Assembly (NCBI GenBank): GCA_903911145.1
Contig: CAIWCD010000012.1
Location: forward strand, 1 to 33,525
Origin: an uncultured delta proteobacterium
GTDB lineage: Bacteria; Myxococcota; Myxococcia; Myxococcales; 40CM-4-68-19
DNA: 33,525 bases
Reading direction: 5' to 3'
In this document: one piece after another, positions 8,398-17,368 of the stretch
How the letters are laid out: each line of letters starts with the position of its first letter
How positions within the stretch are numbered: position 1 is the stretch's first letter
Made by a program: the position numbers and the translations under genes
The notes under the pieces: model-generated
The model's database searches: none
The model's input: the letters and a program-made list of their open reading frames with translations, nothing else
What the model was told of the DNA's origin: nothing

Positions 8398-9636
8398 CTA
8401 CAGCAAAGAGGGAGCCGTGTGCGCATCCGCGCGCAGCACGTCAGCCACCAGCGCAATCGCGCGCGCGAACTCATCCTCACGAGGCAGCAGGCTGAGCACG
8501 AGATGGTTGCCGCGCGGGAAATCATAGAAGTAGCCGGGCTGCACGAGCACGCCGCGCGCGAGAAGTTGAAGCGCGAGCTCCTCTTCGCTGCACGCATCGG
8601 GGACGCGGAGGATCGCGCACCAGCCGCCTTCACTCGTGAGCACGTCCCAGCTCGCGTCATGAGGACGCGCTTCTCGCAGCGCCGCGAAATTCTTCGTGCA
8701 GCGCGCGCGCACCTGCGCCTGCAGCGCGTGCCGCGTGTCGAGCAGAGTGGAGAGTGCCAACTGGACCGGCGTCGACACCGAAAGATAGGTATCGGCGATC
8801 AGCTCGAGCCGCCGGGTCGCTTCCTCCACCAGCGCATCGGGGCCGGTGATCGCGCACCAACCGAGCTTGAGCTGCGGCAGTCCGCAGACCTTCGACAGCC
8901 CCGACAAAGTGAATGTCAGCCCGTCACCGGATCCCGCCGCCGTCGGCATCGCGTCATCGGGATTCTGCCGCGCAGATCGACCCGCGGCCGCCACCTCCAT
9001 CGGATAGTCCGCGAATACTTCATCGGAAATGAGCGCGATATTCCGGTCCGCACAGAGAGCGGCCGCGCGCATATATTCATATCTCTTGATATATGCCCCG
9101 GTCGGATTGCCCGGCGAGACGATCATCAGCGCGCGGATTCGCTCGCCTCCCGCCATGAGCGTCTCGAGCGCGGGAAGATCGACGTGCCACTCGCCATCCC
9201 AGCGCAGCGGATATTCGATCGTGCGGACCGACTCGAGCGCGGTGAGAAATCCGAAGAGCGGATAACTCGGCGTCGGCACCAGCACCGCGTCGCCCGGATC
9301 GCAGAGCAGCTTGAAGAGCAGCGAGTAGGCCTCGCTCGTCGAGGCCGTGATGAGGATGTTTTCAGGATCGACGCGTGTGCCGCGGGACTCTGCGAAATAG
9401 CGCGCGACCGCTCCCCGTGCGGCCGGGAGCCCCTTCGGGTCAGGCAGGTACGAGAGCGATTCGGGCTGCGCGAGCGCCTGGAGAATGCGCGCCTCTTCGT
9501 AGAGAAAACCCGCCCGCGTCGGATTCGATTCGGTGAGATCGATGAGCGGCAAGCCATCACGCCGCCGCCGAGTGAGCGCGAGCGCGAGCGGATTCTCGGA
9601 GAGGTTCGCCGCCACTCGGCGCGAGAAGCGCATCAC
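8398..9636 (-). CDS. PLP-dependent aminotransferase class I/II
   Basis: Motifs SPGNPTG, ISDEVFADY and SGLSKVCGLPQLKLGW (PLP-binding Lys). Confidence 0.92.
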   Translation of the reverse strand: MMRFSRRVAANLSENPLALALTRRRRDGLPLIDLTESNPTRAGFLYEEARILQALAQPESLSYLPDPKGLPAARGAVARYFAESRGTRVDPENILITASTSEAYSLLFKLLCDPGDAVLVPTPSYPLFGFLTALESVRTIEYPLRWDGEWHVDLPALETLMAGGERIRALMIVSPGNPTGAYIKRYEYMRAAALCADRNIALISDEVFADYPMEVAAAGRSARQNPDDAMPTAAGSGDGLTFTLSGLSKVCGLPQLKLGWCAITGPDALVEEATRRLELIADTYLSVSTPVQLALSTLLDTRHALQAQVRARCTKNFAALREARPHDASWDVLTSEGGWCAILRVPDACSEEELALQLLARGVLVQPGYFYDFPRGNHLVLSLLPREDEFARAIALVADVLRADAHTAPSLL

Positions 9637-9639
9637 GCC

Positions 9640-10110
9640 CTACGCCTTGGGCAGTTGAGTCAGCTCAGGCTGCGAGCTCGGGCGATTGAGCCGCGGACGC
9701 TCCTTGAACTCAAAGCGCAGAGCAGCCCAGACATCATCGAGAGGCGTCTGCTTGTCGTCGCTCAGGCCCAGCGCGAGACCGGCCGCGCGCACCAGCTCTT
9801 CGTTGAGATCGGTGTAGACGCCCGAACTCTTGCGCGGCCACGCGGCCCAGATGCGGCCGCGCGGCGCGAGCACCTTCGCGGCCTTGGCGAACAGCTCGAC
9901 GAGCGCGGCATTCGACGAGGCAAAGAGCGCGATCACGTCGGCCTGCCCGAAAGGACGCGTACCGACGGACGCTGCGCGGGGCAGCGGCTCGAGCTTGCGC
10001 GCGAATCCGAGCGGTGGATCGAGCAGGAGCACGCGGCTCTCCTCGTGCACACCGAGCCTCGCAGCCATCGGCGACGCAGCCGGCGGTCCCTGATGTCCCT
10101 CGTCGCTCAC
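9640..10110 (-). CDS. DUF3052-like protein
   Basis: IWAAWPRKSSGVYTDLNEELVR...GLSDDK...DDVWAALRF pattern. Start placed at GTG 10110 behind AGGAG. Confidence 0.7.
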   Translation of the reverse strand: MSDEGHQGPPAASPMAARLGVHEESRVLLLDPPLGFARKLEPLPRAASVGTRPFGQADVIALFASSNAALVELFAKAAKVLAPRGRIWAAWPRKSSGVYTDLNEELVRAAGLALGLSDDKQTPLDDVWAALRFEFKERPRLNRPSSQPELTQLPKA

Positions 10111-10266
10111 GCTCAAGCTCCTTGCTGCATCTGCTGCCCTGGAGAGCACGCAACGCGGTCTCGCGCGCGCTGGATTACTGATCGCGCCTCGGGAGTGCAA
10201 GAGACAACCGCGCACGACCTGCGCTGCGCGGCACACGGCCACGCCTCTCCTGCGCCCTCCTTGCGG

Positions 10267-10728
10267 CTATCGACTCTGCGCTCGGTCGCGCCGCTGCACC
10301 GAGAGGATCTTCTCGACCTCCGCGACCGTCTCGCCCGCCTCGTTGGTGATGAGCACGGTGAACCTGGGCGCGCTCCTCGCCTCGCGCGACAGCGTCGCGA
10401 TGATCGCGTCGCTCTCCTCCCGCGCGATGCGAAACGCCGCTCTCACCGTACCGCGCCCCGGCTTGCGAAACCGAATCGACGCGGCCTTGTCCCAGACGAT
10501 GTAATCGGGTCCGAGAATCTGCATCAGCATCATCATGAAGAAGGGATCGGCCATCGAGTAGAGCGAGCCGCCGTAGTGGGTCCCGACGAGATTGCGGTTC
10601 CACACGCGCAGCCGCATCTCGACATCGACCTCGCGATGATCCTCGGAGATGCGCCGCACGCGAATGCCCGCGCCGAGAAACGGCGGATAGAGATTGGCGA
10701 GCTTGAGCAGATGCCGCTTGAGGTCCAT
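10267..10728 (-). CDS. Hotdog-fold thioesterase-like protein (DUF4442/PaaI-like)
   Basis: Motifs NLYPPFLGAGI, NRNLVGTHYGGSLYSMADPF and VWDKAASIRFRKPG. Confidence 0.85.
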   Translation of the reverse strand: MDLKRHLLKLANLYPPFLGAGIRVRRISEDHREVDVEMRLRVWNRNLVGTHYGGSLYSMADPFFMMMLMQILGPDYIVWDKAASIRFRKPGRGTVRAAFRIAREESDAIIATLSREARSAPRFTVLITNEAGETVAEVEKILSVQRRDRAQSR

Positions 10729-10823
10729 GCGCGGACCGTGGCGCAAGGCGCGGGGCCATGTAAAGCGGGAGCGTAGAACGACAGCGCGCAGAGTGAGGGC
10801 GACCGCTGCTACAGTCCGCCGCC

Positions 10824-12122
10824 ATGAAACCGATTCGCATTGGCATTCTGGGGCTCGGCACGGTTGGACAATCGGTCGCGCGGGCGCTGCTCGAACGGCG
10901 CGATCTTCTCGCGCGATCTGCGGGCGCGCCGCTCGTGCTCCAGCGCGCGGTCGTGCGCGATCTCGACAAGCCGCGCGCGATTCCCCGCGAGCAGCTCACG
11001 ACGGAGATCGCGCGCGTCACTGAAGCGGACGACATCGATGTCGTCGTCGAGCTGATGGGCGGCCTCGAGCCGGCGCGCACGGTGATCGAAGCGGCGCTCT
11101 CTCGCGGCAAGTCGGTGGTGACGGCGAACAAGCGCGTCGTCTCCTGGCATGGACCTTCGCTGCTGTCGCTCGCGGCGAAGAAGGGCGCGGAGCTGCGTTA
11201 CGAAGCGGCCGTGGGCGGTGGCATTCCGCTGATCGCGCCGCTGCTCGATGATCTCGCGGCCAATCGTCTCCTCGAGCTGCGCGCGATCATCAACGGCACG
11301 ACCAACTACATCCTCACGCGCATGGCCGCGGGCGACACGCTCGATGTCGCGCTCGCGGAGGCGCAGCGGCTCGGCTACGCGGAGGCCGATCCGAGCGATG
11401 ATGTGGACGCGGTTGATGCCGCCGACAAGCTCGCCATCCTCGTGCGCCACGCGTTCGGTCTCACCGTTCCTCCTCGAGAGATCTTCCGCCAGGGCCTGCG
11501 CGGACTCGATCCACGCGACATCGCGTACGGTCGCGAATTCGGCTACGCGCTCAAGCTGCTTGCGCTTGCCCGCCGCGGCACCAACGGCATCGAAGCGCGC
11601 GTGCATCCCGCGTTTGTTCCAATCGCGCATCCGCTCGCCCGCATCGATGGCGCGCAGAACGCCGTGCACGTCGTCGGCGATCTCTGCGGGCCCGTGATGT
11701 TCAGCGGACAAGGCGCGGGAGGAGACGCGACGGCGAGTGCGGTGCTGGCCGATCTGCTGCACGTCTCCCGCAGAATGGCGCTGGGAGATCCGGCCCCGAC
11801 GGTGCGCGACTTTGGACCTGAGCCAAAGCTCGCGCCGCTCGCCGAGGCCCGCACACGCTGCTACTTCCGGCTCGCCGTCGAGGATCAGCCGGGCGTGTTC
11901 GCGCAGGTGACGCAGGTGCTCGCGCAGCAGTCGATCGGGCTCGCGAGCGTGCTGCAGCGCGAGCCCGGAAAGATGGGCAGCGCCGAGGTGGTGCTGCTCA
12001 CCTATGCCGCGCCAGAGGCCGCGCTCGCGAGTGCCGAGGAGCAGCTTGCGCGCCTGTCGTGCGTGCGTGCCGTGCGTGCGCGAATCCGCGTCGAGGGCGG
12101 TGACAGCGGAGGTGCAGCGTGA
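10824..12122 (+). CDS. hom: Homoserine dehydrogenase with C-terminal ACT domain
   Basis: Motifs GILGLGTVG, VVTANK, YEAAVGGGIP, NGTTNYIL and GYAEADP, plus the ACT motif EDQPGVFAQV. Confidence 0.95.
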   Translation: MKPIRIGILGLGTVGQSVARALLERRDLLARSAGAPLVLQRAVVRDLDKPRAIPREQLTTEIARVTEADDIDVVVELMGGLEPARTVIEAALSRGKSVVTANKRVVSWHGPSLLSLAAKKGAELRYEAAVGGGIPLIAPLLDDLAANRLLELRAIINGTTNYILTRMAAGDTLDVALAEAQRLGYAEADPSDDVDAVDAADKLAILVRHAFGLTVPPREIFRQGLRGLDPRDIAYGREFGYALKLLALARRGTNGIEARVHPAFVPIAHPLARIDGAQNAVHVVGDLCGPVMFSGQGAGGDATASAVLADLLHVSRRMALGDPAPTVRDFGPEPKLAPLAEARTRCYFRLAVEDQPGVFAQVTQVLAQQSIGLASVLQREPGKMGSAEVVLLTYAAPEAALASAEEQLARLSCVRAVRARIRVEGGDSGGAA

Positions 12123-13189
12123 GCCGCCAGCAGGGAGTGCTCGCGCGCTGGGCAGAGTTCCTTCCCGTCACCGCAAAGACGCCCCGCCTCACGCTGGGCG
12201 AGGGCGACACGCCGCTCGTTTCCGCTCCTGCGCTCGCGCGCGCGATCGGCTGCGACGAGCTGTGGCTCAAGTGCGAAGGGATGAACCCGACCGGCTCGTT
12301 CAAGGATCGCGGAATGGTCGTCGCGATGGCCAAGGCGATCGAGGCCGGCGCGCGCGTCGCGGTCTGCGCCTCGACGGGAAACACCTCTGCGTCTGCCGCG
12401 GCCTACTGCGCAGCTGCTGGCATCGGCTGCCGCGTCGTCGTTCCCGAGGGAAAAGTCGCTCTCGGGAAACTCGCGCAGGCGATCGTCCACGGCGCGCGCA
12501 TCGTCGTGCTGCGCGGGAACTTCGATGCCGCGCTGCAGGCCGTTCGCGTGCTCGCGGAGCGAACACCGATCGCGCTCGTCAACAGCGTCAATCCGTTCCG
12601 GCTCGAAGGGCAGAAGACGGCAGCGTTCGAGGTGATCGAGGCGCTCGGCCGCGTCCCGCATGGGCTGGCGCTTCCGGTCGGCAATGCGGGCAACATCTCC
12701 GCGTATTGGAAAGGCTTCACCGAACACGCCGCGCGCGAGGAGCAGGCCGGCCGGGCGCGCACTACACCTGTCATCTATGGCGTGCAAGCCGCGGGGGCCG
12801 CGCCGTTCCTGAGCGGCGCGCCTGTCGCGCATCCGGAGACGATCGCGACCGCCATCCGCATCGGCAACCCCGCGAGCTGGGATCTGGCGATCCGCGCGCA
12901 GCGTGAGAGCGGCGGACTCTTCGCGAGCGCCACCGACGCGGAGATCCTCTCGGCCCAGCGTCGTCTCGCAAGCGAGGCGGGAGTCTTCTGCGAGCCCGCG
13001 AGTGCCGCGCCCATCGCCGGGTTGCTCAAGCTGGCCGCGCAGACGCCGGGACGTTTTCGCGGACAGACCCTCGTCGCCGTGCTCACTGGACATGGACTCA
13101 AGGATCCGCAGACCGCGATCGCAGACGCTCCGCCGCTGCCCGAGCCGATCGAGAATGACTTCGCCGCGCTCGAGAAGGCGCTGGCATGA
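12119..13189 (+). CDS. thrC: Threonine synthase
   Basis: Motifs NPTGSFKDRG, CASTGNTSAS, PVGNAGN and EPASAA. Overlaps the hom stop (GTGA). Confidence 0.95.
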   Translation: MSRQQGVLARWAEFLPVTAKTPRLTLGEGDTPLVSAPALARAIGCDELWLKCEGMNPTGSFKDRGMVVAMAKAIEAGARVAVCASTGNTSASAAAYCAAAGIGCRVVVPEGKVALGKLAQAIVHGARIVVLRGNFDAALQAVRVLAERTPIALVNSVNPFRLEGQKTAAFEVIEALGRVPHGLALPVGNAGNISAYWKGFTEHAAREEQAGRARTTPVIYGVQAAGAAPFLSGAPVAHPETIATAIRIGNPASWDLAIRAQRESGGLFASATDAEILSAQRRLASEAGVFCEPASAAPIAGLLKLAAQTPGRFRGQTLVAVLTGHGLKDPQTAIADAPPLPEPIENDFAALEKALA

Positions 13190-14160
13190 GCACGCCCTTC
13201 ACCATCATCGCGCCCTGCTCCACGTCAAACCTTGGCGCCGGCTTCGACGCGCTGGGAGTCGCACTGGGCGGGCCTCGGCTCGCGATCCGTTGCACGCCAG
13301 GCGGTCCCGATCTGCGCATCGTTGCGCTCTCGGGAGAGGGAGCAAGCAGCCTCTCGCGCGGCAGCGACAATCGAATCCTCGTCGCCGCGCGTGCCGCGGC
13401 CGAGCGCATCGGCGTCCCGTTCGAGTCGCTGCGCGGAGAGCTCTCGATCGACAACACGATTCCTCTCGCGCGCGGACTCGGCTCGTCCGCAGCGGCGGCC
13501 GTCGGCGGCGCGATCCTCGCGGAGGCGCTCGCAGCGCGGCTCGGCGGAGATGCTTTGCACTCAAACGATCTCGCGGGCGCAAGCGCAACGGCGTTCAACG
13601 ACACGCGCGTGCTCGCGACGGCTCTCGCACTCGAGGGCCATCCCGACAACGTCATCGCGTCTCTTCGCGGCGGCGCGCAGGTCGCTGTCCTCGACGCGCA
13701 GGGCGTCGTGCGCGCCTGCCCTCTGAAGATTGCAGCTCCACTGCGCGCGGCGATCTTCATTCCCGATCAGGAATTGCGCACCAGCGAAGCGCGCGCAGTG
13801 ATTCCGCGCACCGTGCCTCTCTCCGACGCCGTCTTCAATCTCGGGCGGGCCGCGCTCTTCGTAGCCGCGCTGGGCGCGGGCGAGCGCGATCTGCTCGGCG
13901 AGGCGATGACCGATCGTCTGCACCAGCCGGCCCGCTCGACGCTGATGCCGTGGCTGCCCCATCTCATCGAGGCGGCGCGGAGCGCGGGGGCCTACGGCGC
14001 AGCGCTCTCCGGCGCAGGCACGACCGTCTTCGCGCTCGTGCCACCCGAGGCATCCGAGCGCGTCGTCGAAGCCCTTCGCGCACGCGCCGCAGAGTTGTCG
14101 GTTCCCGGCCGCGCGTTGAGCGTCGATGCGTTCGCTGCCGGCGCACGCATCGAGCAATGA
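13186..14160 (+). CDS. thrB: Homoserine kinase (GHMP family)
   Basis: Motifs STSNLGAGFD, IPLARGLGSSAAA, EGHPDN, DRLHQP and LSGAG. Overlaps the thrC stop (ATGA). Confidence 0.95.
   Translation: MSTPFTIIAPCSTSNLGAGFDALGVALGGPRLAIRCTPGGPDLRIVALSGEGASSLSRGSDNRILVAARAAAERIGVPFESLRGELSIDNTIPLARGLGSSAAAAVGGAILAEALAARLGGDALHSNDLAGASATAFNDTRVLATALALEGHPDNVIASLRGGAQVAVLDAQGVVRACPLKIAAPLRAAIFIPDQELRTSEARAVIPRTVPLSDAVFNLGRAALFVAALGAGERDLLGEAMTDRLHQPARSTLMPWLPHLIEAARSAGAYGAALSGAGTTVFALVPPEASERVVEALRARAAELSVPGRALSVDAFAAGARIEQ
13548..13570 (+). repeat. 23-bp motif AGATGCTTTGCACTCAAACGATC, copy 1 (inside thrB)
   Basis: Exact match to 17755-17777; encodes DALHSND in frame. Confidence 0.9.
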
Positions 14161-14345
14161 CCGGGCGCAAGCCACCAGAACGCAATCCTGATCGCGCGCT
14201 CTTCGCGCTGCTCTTCTTCATCGCGCTCGCGATCGGCTGCTGGTTTCTCGTCGATCGACTGCGGCGCGACGCGAAGATGCAGGACTGCGTGATGGCCGGT
14301 CATCGCAACTGCGATCCCGACAATCCACCGATCGACGATCGCTAG
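14157..14345 (+). CDS. Small single-pass membrane protein (62 aa)
   Basis: MTGRKPPERNPDRALFALLFFIALAIGCWFLVDRLRRDAKMQDCVMAGHRNCDPDNPPIDDR. ATGA overlap with thrB; one TM helix and a Cys pair. Confidence 0.7.
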   Translation: MTGRKPPERNPDRALFALLFFIALAIGCWFLVDRLRRDAKMQDCVMAGHRNCDPDNPPIDDR

Positions 14346-14376
14346 AACCCGCGCTGGGAGCGGACGAGCGGTGTTT

Positions 14377-15144
14377 CTAATCCGGCAAGCGCTCGACGAG
14401 CACGGCCGTGCTGTTGTCGTCTCCGCCGCGATCGTTGGCGAGCTGGATCAGCGCCGTCGCGATCGTCTCGAGCGTCGTGTCCGTCGACAGCGCCTCGCAG
14501 ATCTCTTCGTTCTCGACGAGATTCGAGAGGCCGTCCGAGCAGAGCAGGAAGCGGTCGCCCGGCTTGGTCTCCACCCCCATCACGTCGACGAGCACGTCCT
14601 CTTCGAAGCCGACCGAGCGGGTGATGATGTTCTTCAATCGGCTGACGCGCGCCTCGTCGGGCGTGAGCAGCCCCGCGCGCACCTGCTCATTGACGAGCGA
14701 ATGATCTTCGCTGAGCTGCAGCACGCCGCCCTCGCGCACGAGATACGCGCGGCTGTCGCCGACGTGGCCGACGAGAGCGTGGGCCCCGTTGATCACGAGG
14801 CAGATGCAGGTGGTGCCCATTCCGTGCAGTTCGGGGTTGAGCTTGCTGGTGCGGAAGACCGCGGCGCACGCGCCCTCGACAGCTTCGCGCACTGCTCCCG
14901 CCATCGGCGAGTCCGCGAGGTTGGCCTTGCTCGCGTAGGGACTGTCGTTGCGCAGCCGCGCGGAGAGCAGCTCGCGCTCGACCGTCTGCACGGCGAGGCG
15001 GCTCGCAGTCTCGCCACCGGCGTGCCCGCCCATGCCGTCACAGACAACGTAGAGACCGAGCTCCTCGTTGATGAGGAAGCTGTCTTCGTTGTGCTCACGC
15101 TTCATGCCGACGTCGGTCAGTGCGACGCTGCGATAGTTGGCCAC
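14377..15144 (-). CDS. PP2C-type (Stp1/PrpC-like) Ser/Thr protein phosphatase
   Basis: Motifs TDVGMKREHNED, VCDGMGGH, GMGTT, HVGDSRAY, LCSDGL and GGDDN. Start placed at GTG 15144. Confidence 0.93.
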   Translation of the reverse strand: MANYRSVALTDVGMKREHNEDSFLINEELGLYVVCDGMGGHAGGETASRLAVQTVERELLSARLRNDSPYASKANLADSPMAGAVREAVEGACAAVFRTSKLNPELHGMGTTCICLVINGAHALVGHVGDSRAYLVREGGVLQLSEDHSLVNEQVRAGLLTPDEARVSRLKNIITRSVGFEEDVLVDVMGVETKPGDRFLLCSDGLSNLVENEEICEALSTDTTLETIATALIQLANDRGGDDNSTAVLVERLPD

Positions 15145-15285
15145 GAGCCCTTGTGCCTCAGCGACGCGCTGCGAGCAAGCTCGTCGACGAGGGAGAGAGC
15201 AGGAGGCCTGCGCTTGGCCAGGTACGGGGCGGCGCAGCAAGACCGCTCGCTGCATGTGTCGTGACTCTTCTTGGTCCGGTCATAG

Positions 15286-15414
15286 CCGCGAGGCAGTCGA
15301 TGGCTGCTGCCGCGCGCAGTTCAGGAGCGGCCGCACGGCTCTCCGCAGTGAGCACATTCTGCGTCAGCCGCGGATGCATGTTTGAGCACGGCAGCAGCCA
15401 TCGATGCCTCGCGG
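15286..15414 (+). repeat. ~130-bp palindromic intergenic element, copy A
   Basis: Arms CCGCGAGGCA-G-TCGATGGCTGCTGCCG and CGGCAGCAGCCATCGA-TGCCTCGCGG enclose cores shared with 18765-18894 and 19046-19173. Confidence 0.9.
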
Positions 15415-15419
15415 GGCCC

Positions 15420-17192
15420 TCACGACGCGCGGCGCGCTCGCTTCGGGCTCGTGTCGAGCGCAGCCTTCTCGAGCAACTCTCGCGCGTGGATGAGCGAGGC
15501 GTCGGTGACGTGGCCGCTGAGGAGGCGGGCGAGCTCCTGTGTGCGCACGTCGCCTTCGACGGCGGTGACGCGCGTGCGGGTGCGGCCGCGGGCGACCTCT
15601 TTTTCGACGGTCTGGTGGCGGCGCGCGAAGGCGGCGATCTGCGGCAGATGCGTGATGCAGATGATCTGCCGATCGCGCGCGACCGCGCACAGAGCGCGTC
15701 CGACCGCATCCGCGACGACGCCGCCGATGCCCGCGTCGACCTCGTCGAAGAGATAGGAGCCGACCGGATCGCTCTCGACGAGGACCCGCTTGACCGCGAG
15801 CAGCACGCGCGAGAGTTCACCGCCCGAGGCGATGCGCGCGAGCGGTTTCTGCTCTTCACCGAGGTTGGGCGAGAGCATCAGCTCGGCGCTCTCCAGACCG
15901 CGCGCACCAAGGGTCTGCGAGTTTTTCTCGACGGCGCCCGGCGGAAGATTGAGCGGCGAGCCGTCCTCGCGCAGCGCAATTCCACCCTCGGTGATCGGCG
16001 AGAAGCGAACCGAGAGTTCGCTGCGCGCCATGCCCAGACTTGCCAACTCGGCGGCGACGGCCCTGGTGAACGCGGCGGCCGCGCTCCTGCGCTTCAGAGA
16101 AAGCTCGCGCGCGAGCTGCAACGCGATAACGGCGCGCTTCTGCACCTCGACTTCGCGACGCAAAAGCTCGCCGCCGTGATCGTCGATCGAGAGCAGCTCC
16201 TGGCTCATCGCCTCGCGCCGGGCAAGCGCGGCGGAGAGAGTGCCGCCATGCTTGCGCGTGAGTTTGCGCAGGAGTTCGAGCCGCTCGTCGATCGCCTCGA
16301 GACGCTGCGGGTCGCCCCCAGCGCGGGCCGCGTAGCGCGCCAGCTCGCGCGCGGCCTCGTCAATCTCTGCCGCCGCGCCGCGCATCGACGTGGCCAGTGG
16401 CGCGAGCGTCGGATCGATCAGCGCCAGCTCCTCGAGGCGCTTCGCCGCGCGCGTCACCAGCTCGAGCGCCGCGCCCTCGGACGCGCTCAGAAAACCCTCC
16501 GCGTCCTCGGCGCCCGCGCGCAGCTTCTCTGCCGAGGCGAGCCGCTTGCGCTCCTGCGCGAGCTCGTCATCCTCGCCCGCCTTCGGATCGATCTGCGTGA
16601 GCTCCTCGAGTTGCCAGCGCAGCCACTCAGCACGCTCTGCTCGCGCGCTCTCGTCGCTGCCGAGCTGCGTGCGCGCCTTCTCGGCCTCGGCAAGGCGGGA
16701 GAAGGCCTCGCTGTAGGCCGCGCGCTCGGGAGCGAGCTGCGCGTGCGCGTCGATCAGCTCGAGGTGCACGCCCGCATCGAGCAGCCCGACGTGCTCGTGC
16801 TGGCCGCTGATGTCGAGCAGTCCGCGCGTCGCGGCCGCGAGCTGCGACGCGGTCGCGAGCTGGCCGTTGACGAAGGCGCGGCTGCGCCCTTCACGCTGCA
16901 CGGTGCGGCGCACGAGAAGCTCAGATCCTGCCGCGGGCAGGCCCAGCGCGGTCAGGCGCGCGTCGCTCGCCGCCGGATCGCGAGGAAGGAACAGCGCCTC
17001 GACCTCCGCTTCTTCTGCGCCCGTGCGCACGCAGTCGGCCTGCGCCCGTCCGCCAAGAGAGAGGTGGAGCGCGTCGACGAGGATGCTCTTGCCCGCGCCG
17101 GTCTCGCCCGTGAGCACGTTGAAGCCGGGCTCGAAGCGGATCTCCAGCTCGTCGATGATGGCGAAATTCTTCACGCGAAGTAGGTCAAGCAT
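15420..17192 (-). CDS. recN: DNA repair protein RecN
   Basis: Walker A TGETGAGKS, GQHEH, signature IASGGELSR, Walker B FDEVDAG and ITHLPQIA. Confidence 0.97.
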   Translation of the reverse strand: MLDLLRVKNFAIIDELEIRFEPGFNVLTGETGAGKSILVDALHLSLGGRAQADCVRTGAEEAEVEALFLPRDPAASDARLTALGLPAAGSELLVRRTVQREGRSRAFVNGQLATASQLAAATRGLLDISGQHEHVGLLDAGVHLELIDAHAQLAPERAAYSEAFSRLAEAEKARTQLGSDESARAERAEWLRWQLEELTQIDPKAGEDDELAQERKRLASAEKLRAGAEDAEGFLSASEGAALELVTRAAKRLEELALIDPTLAPLATSMRGAAAEIDEAARELARYAARAGGDPQRLEAIDERLELLRKLTRKHGGTLSAALARREAMSQELLSIDDHGGELLRREVEVQKRAVIALQLARELSLKRRSAAAAFTRAVAAELASLGMARSELSVRFSPITEGGIALREDGSPLNLPPGAVEKNSQTLGARGLESAELMLSPNLGEEQKPLARIASGGELSRVLLAVKRVLVESDPVGSYLFDEVDAGIGGVVADAVGRALCAVARDRQIICITHLPQIAAFARRHQTVEKEVARGRTRTRVTAVEGDVRTQELARLLSGHVTDASLIHARELLEKAALDTSPKRARRAS

Positions 17193-17368
17193 GGGGAGCG
17201 GACCCTAGCAGGAAGGCCCGACACCTGCACAACCGTTCATGCCCGCATCATCGCGACCGCGCCCAGCCTGCTCTGGATCGTTGGGGGCGCGAGGCGATCG
17301 GAGTCGTCGCGGCGAAGGGCGTGCCCGACTCGCGCGAAGCTCTCTGGCTCACGTAGAGTGCGCGGCGC

